DNA of 32,000 bases from Kineococcus radiotolerans SRS30216 = ATCC BAA-149 (GTDB lineage: Bacteria > Actinomycetota > Actinomycetes > Actinomycetales > Kineococcaceae). Each line of letters opens with the position of its first letter. Within the stretch, counting starts at the first letter, position 1. This document shows positions 16,002 through 24,792 of this stretch, in pieces. Position numbers and translations under genes: made by a program. Below the pieces are notes generated by a model. The model was not told the DNA's origin and did no database searches. It saw nothing but the letters and a program-made list of their open reading frames with translations. Location of the stretch: positions 1,830,001 to 1,862,000 of the forward strand of contig NC_009664.2 of NCBI RefSeq assembly GCF_000017305.1. Reading direction: 5' to 3'.

Positions 16002-16475
16002 CTAGAGACACTCCAACCGCAGCTGCTGCACGAGCACGCCCCCCGGGCCCTGGGCCAGCCGGGCCAGCACCCGGTACCCGTCCCGGGTGGAGGTCGTCTC
16101 GGTGGGGGTGGAGGCGGGGTCGGGGGCCTCGGTCAGGGCAGCGGCCAGCACCGACACGGCGTGCTCGTCCATGCCCGGGAGCACCGCGCCCGGCACCTGG
16201 GCGTCGATGGCCTCGGGGGCCGTGGCGTGGCCGCCGGTGGCCGGCAGGTCGACCTGGCCGGGCGTGCAGGCGATGCCCAGCGCGTAGGCGCTCTCCCCCC
16301 CGGAGAGCGGGTTGCCCTGGCCGCTGCCCGCCCGCCCCTCGGCGTCGTCGGGCCGCTGCGGCGTGCTGCCGGCACTCGGGGCACCGGCGTCGACCAGGGT
16401 CGGGTCCTCCTGGCCGCACCCCACCAGGGCGAGCCCCAGCACGGCGAGGCAGCCGGCGGTCATCGCGGTGCGCAC
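16002..16475 (-). CDS. Putative secreted lipoprotein (no recognised family)
   Basis: The signal peptide with lipobox is MTAGCLAVLGLALVGC-GQ. The mature part is low-complexity and Pro/Ala/Gly-rich, with two further Cys residues. The start is either GTG 16475 or ATG 16463. Confidence 0.6.
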   Translation of the reverse strand: MRTAMTAGCLAVLGLALVGCGQEDPTLVDAGAPSAGSTPQRPDDAEGRAGSGQGNPLSGGESAYALGIACTPGQVDLPATGGHATAPEAIDAQVPGAVLPGMDEHAVSVLAAALTEAPDPASTPTETTSTRDGYRVLARLAQGPGGVLVQQLRLECL

Positions 16476-16526
16476 CGGACCAGTGCACCGCTCGCGCGCC
16501 GAGCCCGCCAGTCGATGGGGGGCGGG

Positions 16527-18326
16527 TCAGGGCAGGTGGCGGCGGACGAAGTCCAGCTCCACGCGCATCTGCCGGACCCGCTCGTCGTCCAGCAGCGACC
16601 CGTGGCCCGCGTCGTAGCGGTACACCTCGTGCACCGCCCCGCGGGCGTCGAGCCGGCCGAGGTAGTTGTCGATCTGGCGGATCGGGCACCGCGGGTCGTT
16701 GCGCCCGGCGAGGACGAGGACGGGCGCGCGCACCGCGTCGACGTAGGTGATCGGCGAGGAGTCGGCGTACTTCTCCGGCACCTGCTCCGGGGAGCCGCCG
16801 AAGAGCGAGCGGTCGAACGCCTTCAGCCCCTCCATCTCGTCCTCGTAGGCGGCGACGTAGTCGGCGACGGGGACCCCGGCCAGGCCGAGCGCCCACCGCT
16901 CCGGCTGGGTGCCCAGCCCCAGGAGGGTGAGGAACCCGCCCCAGGACGCCCCGGCCAGGACCAGCCGCGCCGGGTCGGCCACGCCGATCGCGACGAGGTG
17001 GTCGGCGACCGCGGCGACGTCGGCGAGCTCGACGTGCCCGACGCGGGCCTCGATCGCGTCCCGCCACGCCGACCCGTACCCGGTGGAACCGCGGTAGTTC
17101 ACCTGCACGACGGCGAACCCCTCGTCGACCCACGTCGCGCAGTAGGGCCGGAAGGAGTCCGCGTCGTGGGCGGTGGGGCCGCCGTGGACCTCCACGACCA
17201 GCGGCAGCGGCCCGCCCGTCGACGTCGTGTCCGCGGGCAGGCGCAGCAGGGCGTGGACGCGCCCGCCCTCGCCCTCGACCCACACGTCGCGGACCTCGAC
17301 GGAGGGCGGGGCGGGTTCGCCGGGAGCGCGCAGCAGCACCTCCCCCGCCAGGTTCCCCACCACCCACGGCCGCGCCGAGGACGACCAGCTCAGCCAGACG
17401 TCGCCGTCGGGGCGGGTGGTGGCGCCGCCGACGGTGCCGGTGGCGGGACCGATCCGCTGCACCCCGCCGGTGGCGAAGTCCACCCGGTGGGCCAGGGTGC
17501 GGGCCTCGTGGTCGACGAGGACGACCAGGCCGGTCGCGTCGCGCAGCCACTCCGCGCCGGCGACCTCCCCGGGCACCCCCAGGGCGATCGGCACCTCGCG
17601 CCCGGTCAGCAGGTCCAGGACGAGCAGCTCGGGGCGCCCGGCCCGCTCGTGCTCCACGAGCAGGCGGGCGTCGCCGCGGACCGGGGAGAAGCCCAGCGGG
17701 GAGACGCCCTTGCCGGGGCCGTCGGACAGCTCCGCGACGACGGAGCCGTCGGTGAGGTCCAGCACCCGCAGGTCGGGGTGGCGGGAGTCGCCGTGCTCGG
17801 AGTGGGCGATCGCGAGGAACCGCTCGTCGGGGGAGAGGTCCCCGGCCCAGGCGTCCTCGCGGTGCTCGTAGACCCGGCGGGTCGCGCCGTCGGCGACCAC
17901 GTCGATCCGGGTGCCGTACTCGTCGTCCTGGCTGCCCACGACGACCAGGCCGCTGCGCCCCAGCGCCAGCCCGGCCGGGTAGGCGGGCGGCAGGCCCAGC
18001 GGGTCCTCCACCCCCTCCCCCGGTGCGGAGCCGAAGGGCTGGCGCCGCCACACGCCGTACTCGTCGCCGGCGGTGTCGTCGAACCACCAGACGAACTCCC
18101 CCGCGGGGTCGATCGTCGCGCTGGAGGTGCCCTCGGGCCGGTCGGTCAGCCGGTGCAGGGCCCCGGTGGCGGCGTCGAAGGAGTGCACCTCCAGCACGCC
18201 GCCGACGGTGGCCTCCACGACGCACCGCTGCGGGGCCTCCTCGGCCCACTCCGGCAGGCCGACCCGGCCCGCGCGGAACCGCTTCTCCCAGACCGGCGTC
18301 GCGGTCGCACCCTCGGTTTCGCTCAC
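16527..18326 (-). CDS. S9-family serine peptidase (prolyl oligopeptidase / acylaminoacyl peptidase-like)
   Basis: The 599-aa product has an N-terminal beta-propeller-like region and a C-terminal alpha/beta hydrolase domain. That domain carries the nucleophile motif GASWGGFLT plus the downstream D and H (RNDPRCP, YDAGHGS). Confidence 0.9.
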   Translation of the reverse strand: MSETEGATATPVWEKRFRAGRVGLPEWAEEAPQRCVVEATVGGVLEVHSFDAATGALHRLTDRPEGTSSATIDPAGEFVWWFDDTAGDEYGVWRRQPFGSAPGEGVEDPLGLPPAYPAGLALGRSGLVVVGSQDDEYGTRIDVVADGATRRVYEHREDAWAGDLSPDERFLAIAHSEHGDSRHPDLRVLDLTDGSVVAELSDGPGKGVSPLGFSPVRGDARLLVEHERAGRPELLVLDLLTGREVPIALGVPGEVAGAEWLRDATGLVVLVDHEARTLAHRVDFATGGVQRIGPATGTVGGATTRPDGDVWLSWSSSARPWVVGNLAGEVLLRAPGEPAPPSVEVRDVWVEGEGGRVHALLRLPADTTSTGGPLPLVVEVHGGPTAHDADSFRPYCATWVDEGFAVVQVNYRGSTGYGSAWRDAIEARVGHVELADVAAVADHLVAIGVADPARLVLAGASWGGFLTLLGLGTQPERWALGLAGVPVADYVAAYEDEMEGLKAFDRSLFGGSPEQVPEKYADSSPITYVDAVRAPVLVLAGRNDPRCPIRQIDNYLGRLDARGAVHEVYRYDAGHGSLLDDERVRQMRVELDFVRRHLP

Positions 18327-18348
18327 GCGACCGATCGTGCCACCCCGC

Positions 18349-19359
18349 TCACGCCGCCGCGGGCCGGGGGAAGAGCCGGCGCAGGACGTCGGCCATCGTG
18401 ACGACCCCCTCGACGCGCCCGTCGTCGAGGACGACGGCGAGGTGGTTGCGGGTCTCGCGCATCCGGGTCAGCGCCTCGTGCACCGTCGTGCCCGCCTCCA
18501 GGGTGAACACCGGCCGCGCGAACGGGTCCGTCGGGGTGTCCGCGGGCTCGGTGAGGGTGTCGCGCACGTGCACCACGCCGGTGATCTCCTGCGGGGTCCC
18601 GAGCAGGACCCGCAGGTGCCCGGTGCGGCGGGTCACCTCCTGCACGTCCCCCACGGTGGCGTCGGCGGGCACGCAGGCCGGGACGCCCCCGGGGCGCAGC
18701 AGGTCGCGGACCGTCATCCGTTGCAGGTCCAGCGCCCCGGAGAGCTGGGCGGAGAACCGCGCGTCGAGGGCCCCGACGTTCGTGGAGTGCTCCAGCAGGT
18801 GGCGCAGGGTCTCCGGCGTGTGCGCGGCCGCCATCTCGTCGGCCGGTTCCACCCCGACCCGGCGGACCAGCGCGTTCGCCGAGGCGTTCAGCAGCTTCAG
18901 CACCGGGCGGAACACCCACATGAACCCGCGCATCGGCACCGCCAGCAGCAGCGCCGACCGCTCGGGGTGGGCGATCGCCCACGACTTCGGGGCCATCTCC
19001 CCCACGACGAGGTGCACGAACGTCACGACGAACAGCGCCAGCACGAAACCGGCGACGTCGGCGGCCGCGGCGGGGACGCCGAGACCCTCGAACGCGGGCG
19101 TGAGCCAGTGGTGCACGGCCGGTTTGCTGATCGCGCCCAGGGCCAGGACGCAGGCGGTGATGCCCAGCTGGGAACCGGCCAGCAGCACCGTCAGCTCGTG
19201 CGAGCTGCGCAGCGCGGCCCGCCCGGCCGCGGTGCCCGCGGCGTCCTCCAGCCGGTGCCGCTTGGCCCCCAGCAGGGCGAACTCCACGGCGACGAAGAAC
19301 GCGCTCAGCCCGACGATGAGCAGGGTCACCGGGACGACGACGAAGGGGTTGTCACCCAC
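18349..19359 (-). CDS. CNNM/DUF21 membrane domain plus CBS-pair protein (hemolysin-family, short form without CorC_HlyC)
   Basis: The 336-aa product has the DUF21 N-terminus (LSAFFVAVEFALLGAKRHRLE) followed by a CBS pair (VRDLLRP...VVHVRDTL...AVVLDDGRVEGVVTMADVLRRL). GTG 19359 overlaps the upstream gene by 8 nt (GTGGGTGA). Confidence 0.85.
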   Translation of the reverse strand: MGDNPFVVVPVTLLIVGLSAFFVAVEFALLGAKRHRLEDAAGTAAGRAALRSSHELTVLLAGSQLGITACVLALGAISKPAVHHWLTPAFEGLGVPAAAADVAGFVLALFVVTFVHLVVGEMAPKSWAIAHPERSALLLAVPMRGFMWVFRPVLKLLNASANALVRRVGVEPADEMAAAHTPETLRHLLEHSTNVGALDARFSAQLSGALDLQRMTVRDLLRPGGVPACVPADATVGDVQEVTRRTGHLRVLLGTPQEITGVVHVRDTLTEPADTPTDPFARPVFTLEAGTTVHEALTRMRETRNHLAVVLDDGRVEGVVTMADVLRRLFPRPAAA

Positions 19360-20707
19360 CGTGCTCCACCTCCTCGGGCAGTTCCAGCCGCACCCGGGCG
19401 GGCACGTGCCGTTCGACGCTCAGCACCCGCACGGTCAGCGAGCGCGGGACGGGGTTCACCTCGCCGGGGTCGGCGGGCAGTTCCACCCGCAGCTCGGTAC
19501 CCGCCTCCGGCAGGCCGCCGTGGGTGGCCATCACCAGGCCGGCGATCGTCTCGTAGTCGCCCGCGGGCAGGTCGACGCCGAGGGCGCGCTCGACCTCGTC
19601 GACGTGCACCTCCCCGGACATCTCCCAGACCCCGTCGCCCTGGACGGGCACGTAGCCGGGGTTCTCCTCGTCGTGCTCGTCGGTGATCTCGCCGACGAGT
19701 TCCTCGGCGAGGTCCTCGACCGTGACGACGCCGGCGAAACCGCCGTACTCGTCGACGACGCAGGCGAGCTGGTTCCTCGTCTCCCCCAGCTGCCGCAGCA
19801 CGTCCGGCAGCGTCGTGAACGTCGACACGACCAGCGGGACCCGCATGACCCGGGTGACGCGGGCGGAGTCCGGCAGGTCGGTGGCAAGCAGGTCGGACAG
19901 GTGCACGACCCCGACGACGTCGGAGGTCCCCACGGCCAGCACCGGGTAGCGGGAGTGCCCCACGGCCATCAGCGCCCGGACCAGGCCGAGGTCGTCGGTG
20001 TCGGCGACGGTGTCCACCCGCGAGCGCGGGATCATCGCGTGCTCGACGTCCTGCTGGGGGAAGTCGAGCATCCGGTCCAGCAGGACGGCGAGGTCCTCGG
20101 GCAGGTCCCCGCTCTCGCGGGACTCCTCGACGATGGCCTCGAGGTCGCGGGCGGTGGCGGCGTGCTCGACGTCGTGGACGGGCTCGATCCGCAGGGCGCG
20201 CAGCAGCGCGTTGGAGGACTGGTCGAAGAACCAGATGAGCCAGCCGAACACCTTCAGGTACGCCAGCGTCGAGGCGGCCAGCCAGGTCGCGACGGGTTCG
20301 GGCCGCGAGATCGCCAGGTTCTTCGGGAACAGCTCGCCGAAGAGCATCTGGACGAACGTCGAGAACACCAGCGCGACGACCGCGCCGAGTGCGACGCCGA
20401 CCCCGGTGGGGATGCCGACCCCGCCGAGCAGGCCGCCCAGGGACTCGCCGATGAGGGGTTCGGCGACGTAGCCGACGAGCAGCCCCGTGACGGTGATGCC
20501 GAGCTGGGCGCCGGAGAGCATGAACGAGGTGCGGCGGGTGACCTCCAGGGCCCGCGCCGCCCCGGTGTGGCCGGCGTCCGCGCGGGCCCCCAGGCCCGAG
20601 CGGTCCACCGACATGTAGGCGAACTCCTGGGCCACGAAGTAGCCCGTGGCGGCGGTGATGAGGGCGACCACCGCGATGCCGGCGAGGAGGGTGAGCACGT
20701 CCGTCAC
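19352..20707 (-). CDS. CNNM/CorC-type protein: DUF21 + CBS pair + CorC_HlyC domain (hemolysin-family; putative Mg2+/Co2+ efflux or regulation)
   Basis: The 451-aa product has DUF21 ([17 protein letters not shown]), a CBS pair ([10 protein letters not shown]...GHSRYPVL...[28 protein letters not shown]) and a C-terminal transporter-associated domain. Confidence 0.9.
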   Translation of the reverse strand: MTDVLTLLAGIAVVALITAATGYFVAQEFAYMSVDRSGLGARADAGHTGAARALEVTRRTSFMLSGAQLGITVTGLLVGYVAEPLIGESLGGLLGGVGIPTGVGVALGAVVALVFSTFVQMLFGELFPKNLAISRPEPVATWLAASTLAYLKVFGWLIWFFDQSSNALLRALRIEPVHDVEHAATARDLEAIVEESRESGDLPEDLAVLLDRMLDFPQQDVEHAMIPRSRVDTVADTDDLGLVRALMAVGHSRYPVLAVGTSDVVGVVHLSDLLATDLPDSARVTRVMRVPLVVSTFTTLPDVLRQLGETRNQLACVVDEYGGFAGVVTVEDLAEELVGEITDEHDEENPGYVPVQGDGVWEMSGEVHVDEVERALGVDLPAGDYETIAGLVMATHGGLPEAGTELRVELPADPGEVNPVPRSLTVRVLSVERHVPARVRLELPEEVEHGG

Positions 20708-20788
20708 GGCGCGCCCCCCTCGTGGCCGGCCGGGAGGGCGTCCGGGTCAGTACTTGAAGGGTCGTCGGCGGTGTCGTCGTCGCACATC

Positions 20789-20854
20789 GGCGGCGGCGGT
20801 CCTCTCCTGTGCTCGGGGACGGGTGCTCCCGGCTGAACGGACGCCGCCGCCGCC
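20789..20854 (-). terminator. Long GC hairpin after DUF2071 and before the CNNM genes (terminator or leader structure)
   Basis: On the minus-strand RNA, ggcggcggcgg(cg)tcc pairs with ggaccgccgccgcc. This makes about 14 bp with a 2-nt bulge around a roughly 34-nt loop. It begins 9 nt after the DUF2071 stop. Confidence 0.4.
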
Positions 20855-20863
20855 GGGTTCCCA

Positions 20864-21601
20864 TCAGAGCCGGACGGGCAGCGCGAAGCGCGTCGTGACC
20901 CGCCGGGCGAAGGCCACGTGGTCGGGGGGGCCGGGGAGGTCGAACCCGGCCGCGGCCCGCAGCCCGTCGTCGAGGACCAGGACCTCCGCGCGGCGCAGCG
21001 GCCACGGCTCGTGCTCGTTGGCGACCCACCAGGTGCGGCCCAGGTGGGCGACGTGCAGCCCGAACCGGGCCGTCAGGAAGGTCGGGAGGTCGCCCTCGAG
21101 CCGCTCGGTGCCGGTCCGCACCGCGATCCGCGACCGCACCCCCGACGGCGTCCGGCACGTCCACGCCAGCTCCCGCGCCCCGTCGCGCACCCGCACCGCG
21201 CGCCGCATCGACGACCACCGGTACGGCAGCCCGAACGCCACCTGCGCCCCCAGCACCACGGCCAGGCGGGAGGTGTCCAGGCTCGCGAACACGACCCCGC
21301 GCCGGCCCGCCTCGTCGACGGAGTACAGCCGGACGTTGGTCTCCAGGAACGTCCCGAAGTACGGCACGGCGGGGCCGGTGCCCGGGCCCGCGCCGGCCAG
21401 GGTGAAGGGGATGAGGCCCACGTACGTCACCCCGTCGAGGACGTCGGGACGCACCCCGGGCGGCAGGTGCGGGGCGACGAGCGCGGGGTCGACGGCCCAG
21501 TGCAGGAAGGCGACGTCGTCCCAGTGCTGGTGCATCATCACCGGCCCCCGCAGGGCGGTGGCCGTGGCCGGGGGGAGGCGGTCGGGCGCGGCGGGGGGCA
21601 C
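20864..21601 (-). CDS. DUF2071 (YqjF-like) family protein
   Basis: The product reads HQHWDDVAFLHWAVDPALVAPHLPPGVRPDVLDGVTYVGLIPF...FLETNVRLY, the characteristic DUF2071 N-terminal block. The start is uncertain, either GTG 21601 or ATG 21538. The upstream part of ORF 20864-22030 overlaps the ABC ATPase out of frame. Confidence 0.72.
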   Translation of the reverse strand: MPPAAPDRLPPATATALRGPVMMHQHWDDVAFLHWAVDPALVAPHLPPGVRPDVLDGVTYVGLIPFTLAGAGPGTGPAVPYFGTFLETNVRLYSVDEAGRRGVVFASLDTSRLAVVLGAQVAFGLPYRWSSMRRAVRVRDGARELAWTCRTPSGVRSRIAVRTGTERLEGDLPTFLTARFGLHVAHLGRTWWVANEHEPWPLRRAEVLVLDDGLRAAAGFDLPGPPDHVAFARRVTTRFALPVRL

Positions 21602-21660
21602 CCCCGGATCCTGTCCGGGCGGACGCGCCCGCGCTCGTCGAAGCGCGGGCCCGCGGGGTC

Positions 21661-22434
21661 TCAGACCGGGACGCCGGGCAGGAACCGGATCGCGGGCCGC
21701 CCGTCGCGCGGGTCCAGGCTCACCTCGGCCCGCACCCCGTACACCTCGGCGATCAGCTCGGGGGTGAGGACGTCGGCGGGGGTCCCCCCGGCCACCACCC
21801 GGCCCTCGCGCAGCACGAGGACCGCGTCGCAGAACATCGCGGCGAGGTTGAGGTCGTGCAGCGCGACGACCGTCGTCACCGGCAGCCGGGTCACCAGGGC
21901 CAGCACGTCGAGCTGGTGGCGGATGTCGAGGTGGTTGGTGGGTTCGTCCAGCAGCAGTTCCCGGGGTTCCTGGGCCAGCGCCCGCGCGATGTGGGCGCGC
22001 TGCTGCTCCCCGCCGGACAGCTTCCGCCACAGGCGGTCGGCCTTGTCGGTCAACCCGGTGCAGCGCAGCGCCTCCGCCACGGCCCGGGCGTCGGCGGCGC
22101 GGTCGCCGCCGAAGGTCGTGCGGTGCGGCAGCCGGCCCAGTTCCACGACGTCGCGGACGGTCAGGTCGACCTCGGTGCTGCTCTGCTGCCCGACGACGGC
22201 GACGGCGCGCGCGGCCTCCCGGCGGGGGACGCGGGCGAGGTCCTCCCCGTCGAGGGTGACGACCCCCGACGTCGGGCGCACCACGCCGTCGAGCAGGCGC
22301 AGCAGGGAGGACTTGCCGGACCCGTTGGGCCCCAGCAGGGCCACCGTCTGCCCGGGGGCGGGGGCCAGGCTCACCCCGTCCACCACGAGGTTGCCCCCGC
22401 GGTCCCAGCTCACCGCCTCGGCGCGCAGCGTCAC
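21661..22434 (-). CDS. Iron-siderophore-type ABC transporter ATP-binding protein (FecE/FepC-like)
   Basis: It has Walker A GPNGSGKSS, signature LSGGEQQRAHIARAL, Walker B LLLDEPTNHLD and the HDLNLAAMFCD H-loop region. Confidence 0.9.
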   Translation of the reverse strand: MTLRAEAVSWDRGGNLVVDGVSLAPAPGQTVALLGPNGSGKSSLLRLLDGVVRPTSGVVTLDGEDLARVPRREAARAVAVVGQQSSTEVDLTVRDVVELGRLPHRTTFGGDRAADARAVAEALRCTGLTDKADRLWRKLSGGEQQRAHIARALAQEPRELLLDEPTNHLDIRHQLDVLALVTRLPVTTVVALHDLNLAAMFCDAVLVLREGRVVAGGTPADVLTPELIAEVYGVRAEVSLDPRDGRPAIRFLPGVPV

Positions 22435-22444
22435 GCCCGCCCCC

Positions 22445-23515
22445 TCACCGGGTCCGCCGGCCGCGGAACAGCAGGGCGATGAAGGCGGGGACCCCGACCA
22501 GCGCCGTGCCCACGCCGACGGGCAGCGGGGTGGGGGCGAAGGCGACGCGGGAACCGGCGTCGACCCACACCATGAACACCGCCCCGAGCAGGGCCGTCGC
22601 GGGCAGCAGCCGCCCGTGCAGGGGCCCGACGAGGAAGCGCGCGGCGTGCGGCAGCACGAGGCCGACGAAACCCACCGCGCCGGAGACGCTGACGAGGACG
22701 GCGGTCACGAGCGCGGTCACCACGAGCAGCAGCGCGCGCACCCGCGCCACCGGGATGCCGAGGGTCGCGGCGACGTCGTCGCCGAAGGCGAACGCGTCGA
22801 GGTCGCGCGAGCGCAGCAGGCAGGCGGCGAGGCCGAGGACGACGGCCACCGCGCAGACCGCCACGTCGTCCCAGCGGACCCCCTCCAGGGAACCCAGCAG
22901 CCAGAACATCACCCCGCGGGTCTCGTCGGAGTCGGCGAACGCGAAGATCGCCAGCGAGGTGAGGGCGGAGAACAACTGGGTGCTCGCCACCCCGGCGAGG
23001 ATCACCCGGTCGCCGTGACCGCCCACGAGCCGGTCCAGCAGCAGCACCAGCCCGAACGCCACCAGCGCCCCGACGAACGCGCCGCCGGACAGGCCCAGCG
23101 CGCCGGCCCCCAGGCCGAGGAACCCCACGAGGACGGCGCCGGTGGAGGCGCCGGAGGAGATCCCCAGCACGAACGGGTCGGCGAGGGGGTTGCGCAGCAA
23201 CGACTGCAGGATCGCGCCGCTGACGCCCAGACCCGCGCCGACGCAGGCCGCGACCAGGGCCCGGGGCAGCCGCTCGCTCCAGACGATGGCGTCCTCGGAG
23301 ACCCGGACGGGGATCGCGGTGAGGCCGAGGTGGTTGGTGAGGACGTCGCGGACGTTGACGGCCGAGACGTCGGCCGGGCCGAGGGTGGTGGCCGCGACGA
23401 CCGAGACCGCGAGCACGACGAGGGCCACCGCGGGCACGACCCTCCCCGCCGCGCCCCGGCGCCGGAGCGCGGGCGAGGCGGTGGCCGCCGCCGGCCCGGC
23501 GTGGCCGGTGCTCAC
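22445..23515 (-). CDS. FecCD-family iron-siderophore ABC transporter permease
   Basis: The 356-aa product has RLPRALVAACVGAGLGVSGAILQSLLRNPLADPFVLGISSGAS and LVLPHAARFLVG. GTG 23515 overlaps the SBP stop (GTGA). The upstream part of ORF 22445-24805 is a shadow over the SBP gene. Confidence 0.9.
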   Translation of the reverse strand: MSTGHAGPAAATASPALRRRGAAGRVVPAVALVVLAVSVVAATTLGPADVSAVNVRDVLTNHLGLTAIPVRVSEDAIVWSERLPRALVAACVGAGLGVSGAILQSLLRNPLADPFVLGISSGASTGAVLVGFLGLGAGALGLSGGAFVGALVAFGLVLLLDRLVGGHGDRVILAGVASTQLFSALTSLAIFAFADSDETRGVMFWLLGSLEGVRWDDVAVCAVAVVLGLAACLLRSRDLDAFAFGDDVAATLGIPVARVRALLLVVTALVTAVLVSVSGAVGFVGLVLPHAARFLVGPLHGRLLPATALLGAVFMVWVDAGSRVAFAPTPLPVGVGTALVGVPAFIALLFRGRRTR

Positions 23516-24561
23516 GCGCCGGAACCCTCCCGCAGCGCGGCGGCGATCTTCTCCAGACCGTCGACGGCGCGGATCGAGGGGTTCATCTCCGCCCCGTGCA
23601 GGACGACGTAGTTCCGCTCGCGCACCGCGGTCATCGTGGAGGTCAGCGGGTCGGCGGCGAGGAACGCCTCCTTGTCGGCCAGCCGGTCCCCGGGGAAGCG
23701 GTCGCGGGCGAGGTCGCCCAGGACGAGGTACTGCGGGTCGCGCTCGACGACGGTCTCCCAGCCGACGGCCGGCCAGTCCTGGTCGGTGAGGTCGGCGAAG
23801 ACGTTGCGGGCGCCGACGCCCTCGGTCAGCAGGTTCGCCGAGCCGAGACCGCCCGCCACGTAGGGGGCCTTGGTGTCGGCGAACCAGAAGGCGACGGTGG
23901 TCCCGCTGTCCCCGGCGCCCTCCAGCGCCGCGGCGCGGCGCGCCTGGAGGTCCTCGACGAGCTGCTCCCCGCGCGCGGCGACGTCGAAGACCTCGGCCAG
24001 TTCCCGGATCTCGGCGTACACGGCGTCCATCGTCACCGGCTCCGTGCGCTTCCCGCCGCCGTTGACGCTGACCCCGTGGTCGCAGTCGGTGGGCGAGAGG
24101 TAGGACTCGATCCCGGTCTCGGCGAAGCGGGCGCGCTCGGCGACCCCGCCCACCTTGTAATGCCGCCCGAAGGAGGCGGTGACGAAGTCGGGGTCGGTGC
24201 CCAGGACGACCTCGTAGGTGGGGGCGTTGTCGGCCAGCCGCGGCACCGAGGCGTTGGCCGCGGCCAGCGGCTCCAGCACCGGGTCCGTCCACGACGCCGT
24301 GCCGACCAGCCGGTCGCCGAGGCCGAGCGACAGCAGGATCTCGGTGGAGCCCTGGTCCAGCGACACGACCCGCTGCGGGGCCGCGTCGACGGTGAGGCGC
24401 TGCCCGCAGTTGTCGATGGTCAGCGGGTACCGCGTCGCCCCGTCCCCGGCCGCGGCGGTCGACGCCGCGGCCTCGACCGGTTCGGAGGCCCCGCACCCGG
24501 CGAGCCCCACCACGGCGGCGAGGGCGAGCAGGACGGAGGAGCGCGGGACGGCTCTGGGCAC
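23512..24561 (-). CDS. Iron-siderophore ABC transporter substrate-binding lipoprotein
   Basis: The 349-aa product has a signal peptide with lipobox LAAVVGLAGC-G. Its periplasmic-binding-protein class III fold is suggested by PQRVVSLDQGSTEILLSLGLGDRLVG and DPQYLVLGD. Confidence 0.9.
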   Translation of the reverse strand: MPRAVPRSSVLLALAAVVGLAGCGASEPVEAAASTAAAGDGATRYPLTIDNCGQRLTVDAAPQRVVSLDQGSTEILLSLGLGDRLVGTASWTDPVLEPLAAANASVPRLADNAPTYEVVLGTDPDFVTASFGRHYKVGGVAERARFAETGIESYLSPTDCDHGVSVNGGGKRTEPVTMDAVYAEIRELAEVFDVAARGEQLVEDLQARRAAALEGAGDSGTTVAFWFADTKAPYVAGGLGSANLLTEGVGARNVFADLTDQDWPAVGWETVVERDPQYLVLGDLARDRFPGDRLADKEAFLAADPLTSTMTAVRERNYVVLHGAEMNPSIRAVDGLEKIAAALREGSGA

Positions 24562-24607
24562 GGGGAGGTTCTCCTGGGGTGGGGGTGGTGCGAGCCGGGT
24601 CGGCCAG

Positions 24608-24626
24608 CAAGCTGAGGCTACCCTGA
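24608..24626. promoter_or_regulatory. Weak IdeR/DmdR-type iron-box-like site upstream of the iron ABC operon
   Basis: caagctgaggctaccctga matches the TTAGGTTAGGCTAACCTAA consensus at 13 of 19 positions by manual alignment, with an intact central GAGGCTACC core. It lies 47 nt upstream of the SBP start. Confidence 0.3.
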
Positions 24627-24792
24627 CTCGAAGCTCGCGGAGGCCGGGTTCGGCGACCGGGCTGGTTGCGCCTGCAACTTGCCCTACGCTGGACCCACCA
24701 TCCAGAGCGGCCGAGAGACCTGGCTCGTCGACGCCGCAGCAACCGCCCCCTCGGGGGTGTGGTGCTCACGCCAGGACCGATGGAGGACGACC

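Noticed and set aside
14852-18401. Long ORFs 14852-16750 +, 14565-15839 -, 15925-18249 - and 16161-18401 +
   Set aside because: All are Arg/Gly/Pro/Ala-rich translations overlapping the well-supported mntH, lipoprotein and S9 peptidase genes in other frames or on the other strand.
18023-21218. ORFs 18023-20836 + (937 aa), 18073-19686 +, 19326-21218 - and 20646-21767 +
   Set aside because: These are shadow ORFs over the two CNNM genes and the DUF2071 gene. They show no domain signatures and have extreme Arg/Pro/Ser content.
20918-23611. 897-aa plus-strand ORF antisense to DUF2071 and the iron ABC genes
   Set aside because: It is low-complexity Arg/Gly/Pro/Asp/His sequence. The minus strand carries canonical ABC ATPase and FecCD permease motifs.
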